Assembly: GCA_016181895.1 (NCBI GenBank)
Contig: JACOYL010000008.1
Coordinates: 8,192-72,191, forward strand
From: Candidatus Pacearchaeota archaeon
GTDB lineage: Archaea; Nanobdellota; Nanobdellia; Pacearchaeales; GW2011-AR1
Direction of reading: 5' to 3'
Length of the DNA: 64,000 bases
The translations under genes and the position numbers were made by a program. The notes under the pieces were generated by a model. That model saw only the letters and a program-made list of their open reading frames with translations. It ran no database searches and was not told the DNA's origin. Positions 48,484-57,938 of this stretch are shown piece by piece (position 1 is the stretch's first letter; each line of letters begins with the position of its first letter).

Positions 48484-49164
48484 ATGTCCGAAAGAAAAGT
48501 TTTTTTATTTGATATTGATGGGACTCTTATTTCAAGTCCTGAATTCTTGAAAGATTATTCAACCCAATTGAGAGAAGAACTTTCAAGTTATTTTGCGAGG
48601 CCGTTGGAGGTTGATTTTTCAGGATTGCACGGAAATACTGAAAGAAAAAATCTCAGAATAATTCTTGAAAGGCAGGGAATAAATCCTTCCGAAAATCAAT
48701 TTGATGAATTTTTTAAAGAATTTGGAGATAATTATCTTGTTTCCAGCAAAAATTTAATTTTACTCCCGTGGGTTTCAGAAACAATAAAAGAACTGTCAGA
48801 CAGACATTTGCTTGGATTGGTAACAGGAAATCAGGAAATTGTGGCAAGAAAAAGATTGGAATCGGTAAGATTAAATAAATATTTTCCTTTTGGAAGTTTT
48901 GGCAATGAAGATTATGAAAGGTCAAATTTGGTAAGAAATGCTTTGAACAGAGCAAGAGAATACGGATGGGAAAGGAATAAATCAAATGTTTATCTCGTGG
49001 GGGATACTACGAAAGATGTTGAGGCTGGAAAGATTGAAGGTGTTATAACCGTTGCCGTAGCGACCGGTTCCGCTTCAAAAGATGAATTAAGCGGTTTAAA
49101 TCCAGATTATATTATCAGCAATTTATCAGAAATTAGACAGGTATTATATTCTTCTATTACATAA
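48484..49164 (+). CDS. HAD-family phosphatase
   Basis: FDIDGTL, VTGN, VGDTTKDV. Confidence 0.9.
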   Translation: MSERKVFLFDIDGTLISSPEFLKDYSTQLREELSSYFARPLEVDFSGLHGNTERKNLRIILERQGINPSENQFDEFFKEFGDNYLVSSKNLILLPWVSETIKELSDRHLLGLVTGNQEIVARKRLESVRLNKYFPFGSFGNEDYERSNLVRNALNRAREYGWERNKSNVYLVGDTTKDVEAGKIEGVITVAVATGSASKDELSGLNPDYIISNLSEIRQVLYSSIT

Positions 49165-49195
49165 TGTTTAAAAATTATTTTTGGGTTTCAAAAAC

Positions 49196-49327
49196 ATGAT
49201 CCCAGTATGCAAGCCATGGCTTCCTGGAAACGAAAGAAAATACGTTATTGATGCTCTCGATACAAACTGGATAAGCAGTTCTGGAGAGTATATCACAAGA
49301 TTTGAGGAGAGTTTAATTAAAATATAA
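49196..49327 (+). pseudogene. Truncated duplicate of the first 38 codons of the aminotransferase at 50262
   Basis: MIPVCKPWLPGNERKYVIDALDTNWISSSGEYITRFEE then SLIKI-stop. Confidence 0.85.
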
Positions 49328-50374
49328 TCTAAAAAGATAAGATTAATAAAATCAAAAGTATCATTTAATGAAAATAATTTATAAATCAATATGAATAAAA
49401 AAAAAATAATTAAGGCAATACTCCCGAGTGGTATACTGAAAATTTATAGAGATTTCAAATTATTTGATTTTAAAATCAAGATGATAGAAGAACAAATTAA
49501 AAACAACTGGCTTCTAGACAGAATTCCTGAAATTGATAATCAGAAAGAAATGATGCGAAGGAAAGAATTCAAAATATACTCACAGACAGGAGAAGACGGT
49601 ATAATTGATTACATTTTTAAAAAAATCGGTGTCATCAATAAAACTTTTATTGAAATAGGTATAGAAGAAGGAAAAGAATGTAATACTGCAAATTTATCTC
49701 TTAATTTTGGATGGAAAGGTGTTTTAATAGAAGCAAATCCTGATTATGTAAAAAAGGCTAAAGAATATTACAAAAACAAGCCAGTTAAAGTGGTTCAGTC
49801 CTTTGTTACTGCTGAAAATATAAATGATACTATAAAAAACAGCAATATCAAAGGAGAGATAGATCTGCTTTCAATTGATATCGATGGCAACGATTATTGG
49901 GTATGGAATGTTATCAATGTTATAAAGCCAAGGGTAGTTATTATAGAATACAATTCAATACTTGGAAAAGATCCGATTACGATAAAATATAAGCCTCAAT
50001 TTGAAAGATTTAAAGAACATATAAATGGTTTTTACTATGGGGCGTCTTTATCTGCATTAAATAAATTAGGAGAATCAAAAGGTTATATTTTAGTTGGTTG
50101 TAATAGTTATGGTTTCAATGCTTTTTTTGTAAGGAAGGAAGAAGCGCAAAATATTTTTCACAAACTTTCTCCAGAAGAAGCAGATTATTTACCAGATGGA
50201 GAGAAAATAACAAAAAAAAGTTTTGAAAAGATTAAACATATGGAATTCGAAAGAGTATAAGATGATTCCCGTATGCAAACCTTGGCTTCCTGGAAACGAA
50301 AGAAAATACGTTATTGATGCTCTCGATACAAACTGGATAAGCAGTTCTGGAGAGTATATCACAAGATTTGAGGA
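49217..50374 (+). repeat. 92-bp exact direct repeat (49217-49308 and 50283-50374) flanking the FkbM-like gene
   Basis: Base-by-base comparison of both copies. Confidence 0.92.
49391..50260 (+). CDS. FkbM-like methyltransferase
   Basis: YSQTGEDGII, FIEIG, DLLSIDIDGNDYWVW, IEYN. Confidence 0.82.
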   Translation: MNKKKIIKAILPSGILKIYRDFKLFDFKIKMIEEQIKNNWLLDRIPEIDNQKEMMRRKEFKIYSQTGEDGIIDYIFKKIGVINKTFIEIGIEEGKECNTANLSLNFGWKGVLIEANPDYVKKAKEYYKNKPVKVVQSFVTAENINDTIKNSNIKGEIDLLSIDIDGNDYWVWNVINVIKPRVVIIEYNSILGKDPITIKYKPQFERFKEHINGFYYGASLSALNKLGESKGYILVGCNSYGFNAFFVRKEEAQNIFHKLSPEEADYLPDGEKITKKSFEKIKHMEFERV

Positions 50375-51377
50375 AAATTTTTCTAAATTTTGTGGGGTAA
50401 AATACGGAATAGGTTGTTCTTCTGGATTTGGTGCTTTGCATTTAGCATGTGCTGCACTTGAACTAAAAAAAAGTGATGAAGTAATAGCGCCAACATTTAC
50501 TATGGCTGCTTCCATAAATTCAATAATAATAACAGGTGCAAAACCAGTTTTAGTTGATGCAGACCCTGAAACATACTGCATAGATGTAAAAAAAATTGAA
50601 GAAAGGATAACTAACAGAACAAAAGCCATAATGGCCGTACATATCTACGGACATCCTTGCGATATGGACAAAATAAATTATCTGGCAAAAAAATATAATT
50701 TATTTGTAATCGAGGATGCCGCAGAATCTCATGGGGCAGAATACAAAGGAAGAAAATGTGGCTCAATATCAGACATAGGATGTTTCAGTTTTTATGCGAA
50801 CAAAATCTTGACAACTGGAGAAGGAGGAATGTGTGTCACAAATAATTTGAAATTTGCAGAAAGAATGAAAAGATTAAGAAATCATGCTTTTGATTTGCCA
50901 AGGTTCATTCATAAAGAAGTAGGTTTTAACTACAGGCTTACAAATATTCAAGCTGCTATAGGGACTGCACAAGTTGAAAATGCAGACATGCTTGTTGAAG
51001 CGAGAAGGAATGTTGGATTAAAATACAACGAAAAATTAAAGGATTTTAAAAAAATAATATTGCCGAAAGAAAAAGATTATGCAAAAAATGTTTACTGGAT
51101 GTATGGGATAGTCTTGTCAGATGAAGTGAAATTGTCAAGGGAAGAGATAATGCAAAGATTAAAAGAAAAAGGTGTTGATACAAGAAATTTTTTTATTCCA
51201 ATGCACAAGCAACCAGCATATTACAATAAGACTGTTGAAAATGTTCCCGATTGCAAATGGGACTTTCCAATTGCAAACAAAATAGGAGAAAGGGGTTTTT
51301 ATCTCCCAAGTTCAAGTGACATCACAGACAAAGAAATTGATGAAGTTTGTATGGTATTAAAAAAGGTTCTTGAATGA
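50262..51377 (+). CDS. GDP-perosamine-synthase-like DegT aminotransferase
   Basis: WISSSG, VHIYGHP, EDAAESHG, SFYANKILTTGEGG, GFNYRLTN. Confidence 0.9.
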   Translation: MIPVCKPWLPGNERKYVIDALDTNWISSSGEYITRFEENFSKFCGVKYGIGCSSGFGALHLACAALELKKSDEVIAPTFTMAASINSIIITGAKPVLVDADPETYCIDVKKIEERITNRTKAIMAVHIYGHPCDMDKINYLAKKYNLFVIEDAAESHGAEYKGRKCGSISDIGCFSFYANKILTTGEGGMCVTNNLKFAERMKRLRNHAFDLPRFIHKEVGFNYRLTNIQAAIGTAQVENADMLVEARRNVGLKYNEKLKDFKKIILPKEKDYAKNVYWMYGIVLSDEVKLSREEIMQRLKEKGVDTRNFFIPMHKQPAYYNKTVENVPDCKWDFPIANKIGERGFYLPSSSDITDKEIDEVCMVLKKVLE

Positions 51378-51380
51378 AGA

Positions 51381-52958
51381 TTATTTTTTAGAAAGAATGT
51401 CATTTTTTATTTTTCTTTTAATGGTCCGAAAAATCATGACATCTTCTTCATCAAATGCTTTAAATAAAAATAATAGAAATAAGTAGATAAGTAAAAATAA
51501 TATGGTCAAGAGAATAAATGAAAGAAGATTAATAAAAATTAATTTTGATAAAATTAATAATATAAAGAACGGGATTAAAGAAGCCAAAAAAATCTTAAAC
51601 ATACTTAATTTTAAAGGAGTTATCGAAGTATAATGCTTTGCTTGTATAAAAAAGAGGATATTACATGTTATTACTGAAGTCATTGTTGCAATTGCTGCAC
51701 CGTTTATACCTAAAGAATTATCTAATCCAAATATTATTGGTTTGGGAATTAATAAAATATTAAGTGTCATATCAAGTACAGTTACTATTATAACATCATA
51801 AAGGATAATTCTAGATTTCCCAACCATAGAAATTAAATTATTAGATATTACAAATACAGAAGCAAAAAGTGCTCCAATGACTAGAAATCTCAATGAGTTT
51901 GCTGCAACTAAATATTGCGGACCAAAAAGAATGTTAATTATTATTTCTGGGAATAAAATAACTAAAAGGAAAAATGGAAAATTAAACATAAAAATCCATT
52001 TGCCGATTTGTTTTGAAATTTCTTTTATAAGATTAAAATTTTTTAATGAGTATTCTTTGGTTATTAATGGGAAAAATAATTGCAAGAAAATTGCAGGGAT
52101 AATATTTAATAATAATGCTATTGGGGTAATTGCATTGTAAAATCCTACTTCTGTTACTGATTTAAAAAAACCTATTACAAATGAATCAGTCCAATAATAA
52201 AATATTGAAAATATCCCAAAAAAAAGGAATGGCCAGGAATAGGATATAAAATCTTTTGTAATTTTCTTTTTGGTTTTTATATTTAAATTATATTTTAAAA
52301 AGATTTTTGGGATTTTGAATTTACAATAAAAAAATGTGGATAAGGATATAACCAAAAATCCAAACATAAACGAAAGAATAACTGCATTATTATTAAAACC
52401 AAAAAGAATTATTAAAAGGATTAATGATACTACTTTTAAAAAAGGATTAATGATACTGTCAATAATTGATATTTCTTTAATTTTTTCGAATGCTCTCATT
52501 ATTGACAAAAAAAATGAGGCAAAAACCCAAAAAGGGATTACGAAAATAAAAAGTTTTAGGAAAATAATCAAATCTGGATTGCGAAAAATTGATATGGCTA
52601 TAAAATCAGAAGATAAAAAAAATATCAATGTTATTATTAATGTTGAAAAAAATAAAATTTCAGAAGAAAATTTGAATAGATATCTCATCTTGTTTATCTC
52701 ATTTTTTCCACGATAAAAAGAGAAATATCTAATTATTCCTTCATCAAAACCTAATAATGAAAATAAAACAAATCCTCCAATAATTGCTGTTGAAAGCGAA
52801 AACAAACCATAAACCTCAGGCCCAAAATATCTTGCAATAATTATTCTGTATAAATAACCAAAAATTTTAGATAAGAAAAAGGCTATTAAAACAATTACAG
52901 AAGATTTTACTAATAATTTCAGTCCTTCATCTATTTTCTTACTATTCTTACTTTTCAT
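51381..52958 (-). CDS. Wzx/MurJ-type (AglR-like) flippase
   Basis: ARYFGPEVYG, TDSFVIG..VGFYN, GAAIAT; many TM segments. Confidence 0.9.
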   Translation of the reverse strand: MKSKNSKKIDEGLKLLVKSSVIVLIAFFLSKIFGYLYRIIIARYFGPEVYGLFSLSTAIIGGFVLFSLLGFDEGIIRYFSFYRGKNEINKMRYLFKFSSEILFFSTLIITLIFFLSSDFIAISIFRNPDLIIFLKLFIFVIPFWVFASFFLSIMRAFEKIKEISIIDSIINPFLKVVSLILLIILFGFNNNAVILSFMFGFLVISLSTFFYCKFKIPKIFLKYNLNIKTKKKITKDFISYSWPFLFFGIFSIFYYWTDSFVIGFFKSVTEVGFYNAITPIALLLNIIPAIFLQLFFPLITKEYSLKNFNLIKEISKQIGKWIFMFNFPFFLLVILFPEIIINILFGPQYLVAANSLRFLVIGALFASVFVISNNLISMVGKSRIILYDVIIVTVLDMTLNILLIPKPIIFGLDNSLGINGAAIATMTSVITCNILFFIQAKHYTSITPLKLSMFKIFLASLIPFFILLILSKLIFINLLSFILLTILFLLIYLFLLFLFKAFDEEDVMIFRTIKRKIKNDILSKK

Positions 52959-52999
52959 ACTTTTAAAAACAAAAATACATTCTTAAAACTAATGAAATC

Positions 53000-53992
53000 T
53001 TAGATTTTTCCGTAACCTGCCGGATGATTCTTGTGCCATTTCCAAGAGGTTTCCATTATTGTTTTCAAATCGCTGTATCTTGGCTCCCATCCGAGTTCTT
53101 TTTTGATTTTTCCAACATGCGCCACAAGTTCCGCAGGGTCGCCGAAACGCCTTGAACCAATAATTGTCGGAATTTCATTCCCTGTTATTTTCCTGGCCGT
53201 TTCAACAATCTCTTTTACACTATATCCTTTTCCCGTTCCGACATTGAAAACATTGCTTTTTCCCTCTGAAAGCAATCGCTCCATTGCAAGAATGTGGACC
53301 TGTGACAAATCCTTTACATGAATGTAATCCCTTATTGTAGTCCCATCTTTTGTTTGATAATCTGTTCCATAAATTGAAATGTGCTGTCTTTTTCCCAATG
53401 CCGTATTGAAAACTATCGGAATCAAATGGGTTTCAGGATTGTGGGCTTCGCCGATTTCCCCGCTTGAATCCGCGCCGGCGGCGTTAAAATAGCGAAGAGA
53501 AACAGATTTTATTCCGTAAATATTATCAAAGAATTTCAGCATTCTTTCGGCGATTGCTTTTGTTTCCCCATAAACATTGTTCGTGTCATTTACATGCGTC
53601 TCTGAAACAGGGATTTCCTTCGGCTGTCCGTAAACAGATGCGGAAGAAGAATAAACAATTGTTTTCACGTTGTGATTATGCATTGCTTTCAACAAATTCA
53701 GCAATGAAATCACATTATTGAGATAAAATTTCTCTGGATTTCGCATTGATTCCTCTACTTCCAAATGCCCCGAGAAATCAATAACCGCGTCAAACTTGTT
53801 TGAATTAAAAACATGCTCAAGCAATTCCGGATTGTTCAAATCTCCGTTGATAAATTTGACATCTTTTGGCAAAGATTCCTGAAAGCCGCGGCTTAAATTA
53901 TCGTAAACAACAACCTCGTATCCGTTTTTTAACAATTCGCGAACAGCATGGCTTCCGACATATCCCGCTCCTCCTGTAACAAGAATCTTCAT
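53000..53992 (-). CDS. galE: UDP-glucose 4-epimerase
   Basis: TGGAGYVGSH, YGETK, LRYFNAAGA, ETHLIP, RDYIHV. Confidence 0.94.
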   Translation of the reverse strand: MKILVTGGAGYVGSHAVRELLKNGYEVVVYDNLSRGFQESLPKDVKFINGDLNNPELLEHVFNSNKFDAVIDFSGHLEVEESMRNPEKFYLNNVISLLNLLKAMHNHNVKTIVYSSSASVYGQPKEIPVSETHVNDTNNVYGETKAIAERMLKFFDNIYGIKSVSLRYFNAAGADSSGEIGEAHNPETHLIPIVFNTALGKRQHISIYGTDYQTKDGTTIRDYIHVKDLSQVHILAMERLLSEGKSNVFNVGTGKGYSVKEIVETARKITGNEIPTIIGSRRFGDPAELVAHVGKIKKELGWEPRYSDLKTIMETSWKWHKNHPAGYGKI

Positions 53993-54045
53993 AACAGGAT
54001 TTAAAGAAAATAGTTTAAAAGAATTGTGAGTTAAAAGACTATAAT

Positions 54046-54850
54046 TTATTCGTAAGAAGTTATTGCTCTGAAAAGAGGCATTCCATTTCCTTTTCCCTTG
54101 GATAAAGCCAAAACACTTAAGGCATTAAAATAAGCATTAATAGTTTCAATGTTAAATTCAGGCAAATATCTCTTTACTGTTTCACGTTCTTTTTGAGTTT
54201 TTACTCTTTGATCAACTTCAGGTCTTATTGATAACTCTACGTTTACAGGGCCTAAAGAGGGAAGAAGTTTATGTCTTTTATATATCTCTAATCCCATATA
54301 AATATCCTCCATTCCTTGCTGCAAATCAAGTTTTTCATTAAAAGCAAAACCTTGCATGGCTGCACTTCTCCATAAAGTACATGTATTTCTTGGAACCAGA
54401 TAAGTCGGTTCTTCTCTGCCTTCAAATAAAGCATAAGAACCGGTATTAAATAATCCTATAACCTCTGAAGTTATTGCCGAACCTTTCAAGATTTGTTGCT
54501 GCATCTCCGATAGCTGCTCAGGAGTCGGATTAACCTCATTTGAAATCATCAATCGGGTTTCATAATCATTTTTTGGCATTGATGCTCTCAACCCGGCATT
54601 GAATGCTTTTGACCACCCATAATCTTCAAGAACAATCGTTTCAATTTTTCCTTCTTTGGTTTGAATTGGAAAAGTTGAACACAAAAATTCAGGGGTGTTT
54701 GCACTGTCTTGAGGACCATTAACAACAACGATTATTTTTTTAGTGACAGGATCAATTTTTAGAAATTAAATTTGCAACAGCAGGTGGTTTACTCAAGTCG
54801 TATGGTTTATTATTATACGCTCTTAATATTGCATAGTCTATTTGTTGCAT
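54046..54850 (-). pseudogene. Frameshifted GT2-like gene
   Basis: ATG at 54850 (MQQIDYAILRAYN) joins ..KIDPVTKKIIVVVNG..GWSKAFNAG..GMED if one A is removed from the A5 run (+ strand T 54756-54760). Confidence 0.65.
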
Positions 54851-54899
54851 TCTAAAAATTATTCGAGGTTAATCATTTATAAATATTTAGATGGTAAAT

Positions 54900-56432
54900 T
54901 CATTCCTCAATCTTCCCAATCATGTCTGTGAAAGCCGGGCGCGTGATTAAAATCCCTGCCGTTATTCCTATGAGTGTTGTTATTGCAAAACCCTTGAAGA
55001 AACCCGCGGCAGCCCAATACAAGGGAATCATTGCGACAAACGAAGTGAAAAACGCCCCGAGAATAATTGCAAACGCCCTTTTCATTCTTTGTTTTATGCC
55101 GACAATTTTTTCGTTCGCCTCGTCGAGAATAATTATCTGCTGGTCCACGCCTGTTCCGATAGTTGTAAGAATTCCCGCAATGCTCGGCAAATCCAGGTTC
55201 CATTTTATGAAAGACGCTATTCCAAGAATTATTATTATTTCCGAGAGGCCTGTTATCAGAACCGCGAACGATTTTTTTATTTTTCTGTATCTTAAAAGAA
55301 CTATAAAGAAAACGCCGAATGAAGCGGCCAAGCCTGTAATCAATATTGAATTAATGAACTTGTTTCCAAGAGTGGGAGAAAGGGAATCAAGTTTTACAAT
55401 TTCGAGTTTGTAAGGAAGGCTTCCTGTTATAAGAATTGTTTGAAGGCGATTCATTTCCTCCACAGCCTCGTCATAAGCCTGGTTTTGGCTTTCCCCGGTT
55501 GCAGAGCCTGAAATTGAAATCTGCGTCGTTACAACCCCTTTCAAGCCTTCGCTTATCAACAAGCTGTCGACGAGATTTCCGTCCAAAAACAAGTCAAGAT
55601 TTTGCGAGAGATAATTTCCAGAGATCGTGGAGTAATTTGCCTCGAGATTTTTTGTCAATTCGGCGTGTCTTTTTGCGGCATCCTCGCTGAGAAAAATAGT
55701 AAATCTAAAATTGCAAAAATAAGTGCCTGCATTTTGCTGGCAGGATTCTATGACTGCATCCTGTCCGGAACGAGCCACTGATGTTATATCTTTTTCCCCT
55801 CCAACAAATACAGTGTCGTTTCCAATCTTTGCCTCGAATTTTCCCTGCTGCGAAACAAGATTTTCCAAGTCTTCAGGGGTTGCTCCCGCAATCTCAATCC
55901 TTACATAATTATTTCCAGACAAATCAGAAATTGAATTGACTTTTATGTCTTCCAAACCGTAAACGTTCAATCTGTTTTTTATCACTTCCGAGAGTTCCTG
56001 CGCGTCTTCCGAGCCAAGGGAAAAATCCTGCGCCTTTACCAAAGCTCTTGCTCCTCCCACCAAATCCAAGCCGAGTTTTACATTTGTTTTCGGAATATTT
56101 GAAACAGTTATTTCCGGAGCTGTTTTGGAAAACAAGATAATTTCAGAATCTTTTGTCGTGATTTCCGTTTTCACGCTTTGATTTGAGTTTACAGGAAATT
56201 TTCCAGACAGCGCATTTGAATAATCATCGATGTTTTTTATTTCTTTTCCGTCGACGGCAATTATCATTTGCCCCTGTCTCAATCCCTCTGAAAACGCCGT
56301 AGAGTTGGAAGCAACTGATTTTATCAAAACCCCTTCCTCAAAAAGCATCGGCGGGAATCCGAAGATAGACAGCATGGAAAAAACCAGCAGGATTATAAGA
56401 AGCCAGATTTTCCAAGTGAATTTAATGTTCAT
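54900..56432 (-). CDS. secD: Protein translocase subunit SecD
   Basis: KLGLDLVGG, RLNVYG, GSLP, IGTGVDQQIII. Confidence 0.93.
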   Translation of the reverse strand: MNIKFTWKIWLLIILLVFSMLSIFGFPPMLFEEGVLIKSVASNSTAFSEGLRQGQMIIAVDGKEIKNIDDYSNALSGKFPVNSNQSVKTEITTKDSEIILFSKTAPEITVSNIPKTNVKLGLDLVGGARALVKAQDFSLGSEDAQELSEVIKNRLNVYGLEDIKVNSISDLSGNNYVRIEIAGATPEDLENLVSQQGKFEAKIGNDTVFVGGEKDITSVARSGQDAVIESCQQNAGTYFCNFRFTIFLSEDAAKRHAELTKNLEANYSTISGNYLSQNLDLFLDGNLVDSLLISEGLKGVVTTQISISGSATGESQNQAYDEAVEEMNRLQTILITGSLPYKLEIVKLDSLSPTLGNKFINSILITGLAASFGVFFIVLLRYRKIKKSFAVLITGLSEIIIILGIASFIKWNLDLPSIAGILTTIGTGVDQQIIILDEANEKIVGIKQRMKRAFAIILGAFFTSFVAMIPLYWAAAGFFKGFAITTLIGITAGILITRPAFTDMIGKIEE

Positions 56433-57333
56433 TTTTTTTCACGTACCATTTAATTAAAGAAACGTTCGTTATCCATGTGTTGAAAATGTCGAAGAACAAT
56501 CCTATCAGGAGAACCGTGAAGATTTGGCTCAAAACGACAGAGAAAGGATTTGAAACAATCAACGCTATCACAACCGCCGTCATGGAAGTCAAAGCCATTG
56601 TCATTCCCGTCTTGAAAGCCTTGAAAATCCTTCCGTTTAATGTTCCTTCAGAGGATTTCAAAACCTTGTTTGTCAGCAAAATGTCGGTGTCGACGCTGTA
56701 ACCGATTAACATGAGAAATGCGACAATTCCGGCGCTGGAAATTTTAATCCCAAGCAAATCAACGACGACAAGCGTCATCAAAATGTCCGCAAAGGCAGAG
56801 ATTATTACTGCTATCGCGGGAACCATATTTCTGCAAATCAAAAATATCACGATTCCCATGAAAACAAAGGCGAACAAAATCGCGGTTAAAAGCTGTTTAT
56901 AGAAACTTTCGCTCAACAAAGAACCTGTAAATTCAAAGCTGCTGTTTCCGTCGTTTAATTCATAGCCCAAATAATCTTCAATGACTTGTTTTGTCTCGTC
57001 TCCGAGTGTTTTCGTTTCGATTACAAGCGCGATTTTCTCCCTTGTAAGGATGTCATAAATTTCCCTTGTATTGATTTCTTCCAGTTTTCCAGACAAATCC
57101 GCTTTTATCCTGCCTGAATCAAAATCCCCGTAAATCGTGACAGATGTTCCTCCCGTCAACGAGATGTCCTTGTAAATGAAATCGTTGTTGTTTGAATAAA
57201 AAACGTAAAGATATCCCAAGGAAAAAAGCAGCATTATTATCGGAACAAGAAGCAAATGCTTGTAGTATTTGTCGTGGAATTTTCCGAATTTTTCCTTGAA
57301 TGTTTTTTTGGTTTCTGTTTGTTCGTCTGTCAT
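56422..57333 (-). CDS. secF: Protein translocase subunit SecF
   Basis: DISLTGG, LIGYSVDTDILL; true start MTDEQ downstream of tRNA-Gly. Confidence 0.93.
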   Translation of the reverse strand: MTDEQTETKKTFKEKFGKFHDKYYKHLLLVPIIMLLFSLGYLYVFYSNNNDFIYKDISLTGGTSVTIYGDFDSGRIKADLSGKLEEINTREIYDILTREKIALVIETKTLGDETKQVIEDYLGYELNDGNSSFEFTGSLLSESFYKQLLTAILFAFVFMGIVIFLICRNMVPAIAVIISAFADILMTLVVVDLLGIKISSAGIVAFLMLIGYSVDTDILLTNKVLKSSEGTLNGRIFKAFKTGMTMALTSMTAVVIALIVSNPFSVVLSQIFTVLLIGLFFDIFNTWITNVSLIKWYVKKNEH

Positions 57334-57345
57334 TTTACATGAATA

Positions 57346-57485
57346 TGCGCCGGCTGGGAGTCGAACCCAGGCAATTTGCTCTCTGCTGCGTTCTGCTTGG
57401 AGAAAAAATCTCACGATTTTTAACCAGCAAGTTTTCTCCGAAAACACACTGGAAGGCAAATGTCATACCGTTAGACCACCAGCGC
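57346..57485 (-). tRNA. tRNA-Gly(TCC) with 69-nt intron at 37/38 (57381-57449)
   Basis: GCGCTGG/CCGGCGC acceptor, TTTGC/GCAAA anticodon stem, CT-TCC-A^A loop, CTGGG-TTCGACT-CCCAG T arm; intron forms a relaxed BHB. Confidence 0.92.
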
Positions 57486-57511
57486 TTGAAATAGACACAA
57501 AAAAAGAAGTT

Positions 57512-57919
57512 TTAAAGATTGCTGTTTCTATAGATTATCCATTGTGGTTTACCGGGAAGTTTCTTTTGAAGGCCAGCTTTAATTGGATTTTTTGGCAAGT
57601 TCACCCAAGGATTCATCCATCCATTTTCAGTTTTTAGAAGATAATGTCCGATTCTATATTTCTTTGTTGGGCTTATAAAAATAATTGAACCAATTTTATT
57701 AATGTATTTCTTAGTTTTACCGTTGACCTTAGAATAGTTATAATTTAATCCTGCTTTTTTTAAAGTTTTAACAATATCGTCGCAGTAAGCCCCTTTTTTA
57801 AGATTATAATTTCTTCCAAATAATTTTAGTGTTTTTTTGTATGAAATCCCCAGAAGACTTGCAACGCATGCAACTCCGCAGCCCATCGGCTCTTCTTGTG
57901 TAATTGGTTTATGAGACAT
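57512..57919 (-). CDS. Peptidase C39-like protein
   Basis: QEEPMGCGVAC...HY...NPW catalytic pattern; start MSHKP. Confidence 0.75.
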   Translation of the reverse strand: MSHKPITQEEPMGCGVACVASLLGISYKKTLKLFGRNYNLKKGAYCDDIVKTLKKAGLNYNYSKVNGKTKKYINKIGSIIFISPTKKYRIGHYLLKTENGWMNPWVNLPKNPIKAGLQKKLPGKPQWIIYRNSNL

Positions 57920-57938
57920 TTTATAATTCAAAGAGTCA

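Noticed and set aside
57334-57459. N-terminal extension of SecF in the ORF track
   Set aside because: It runs through tRNA-Gly and its intron; the true start is ATG 57333
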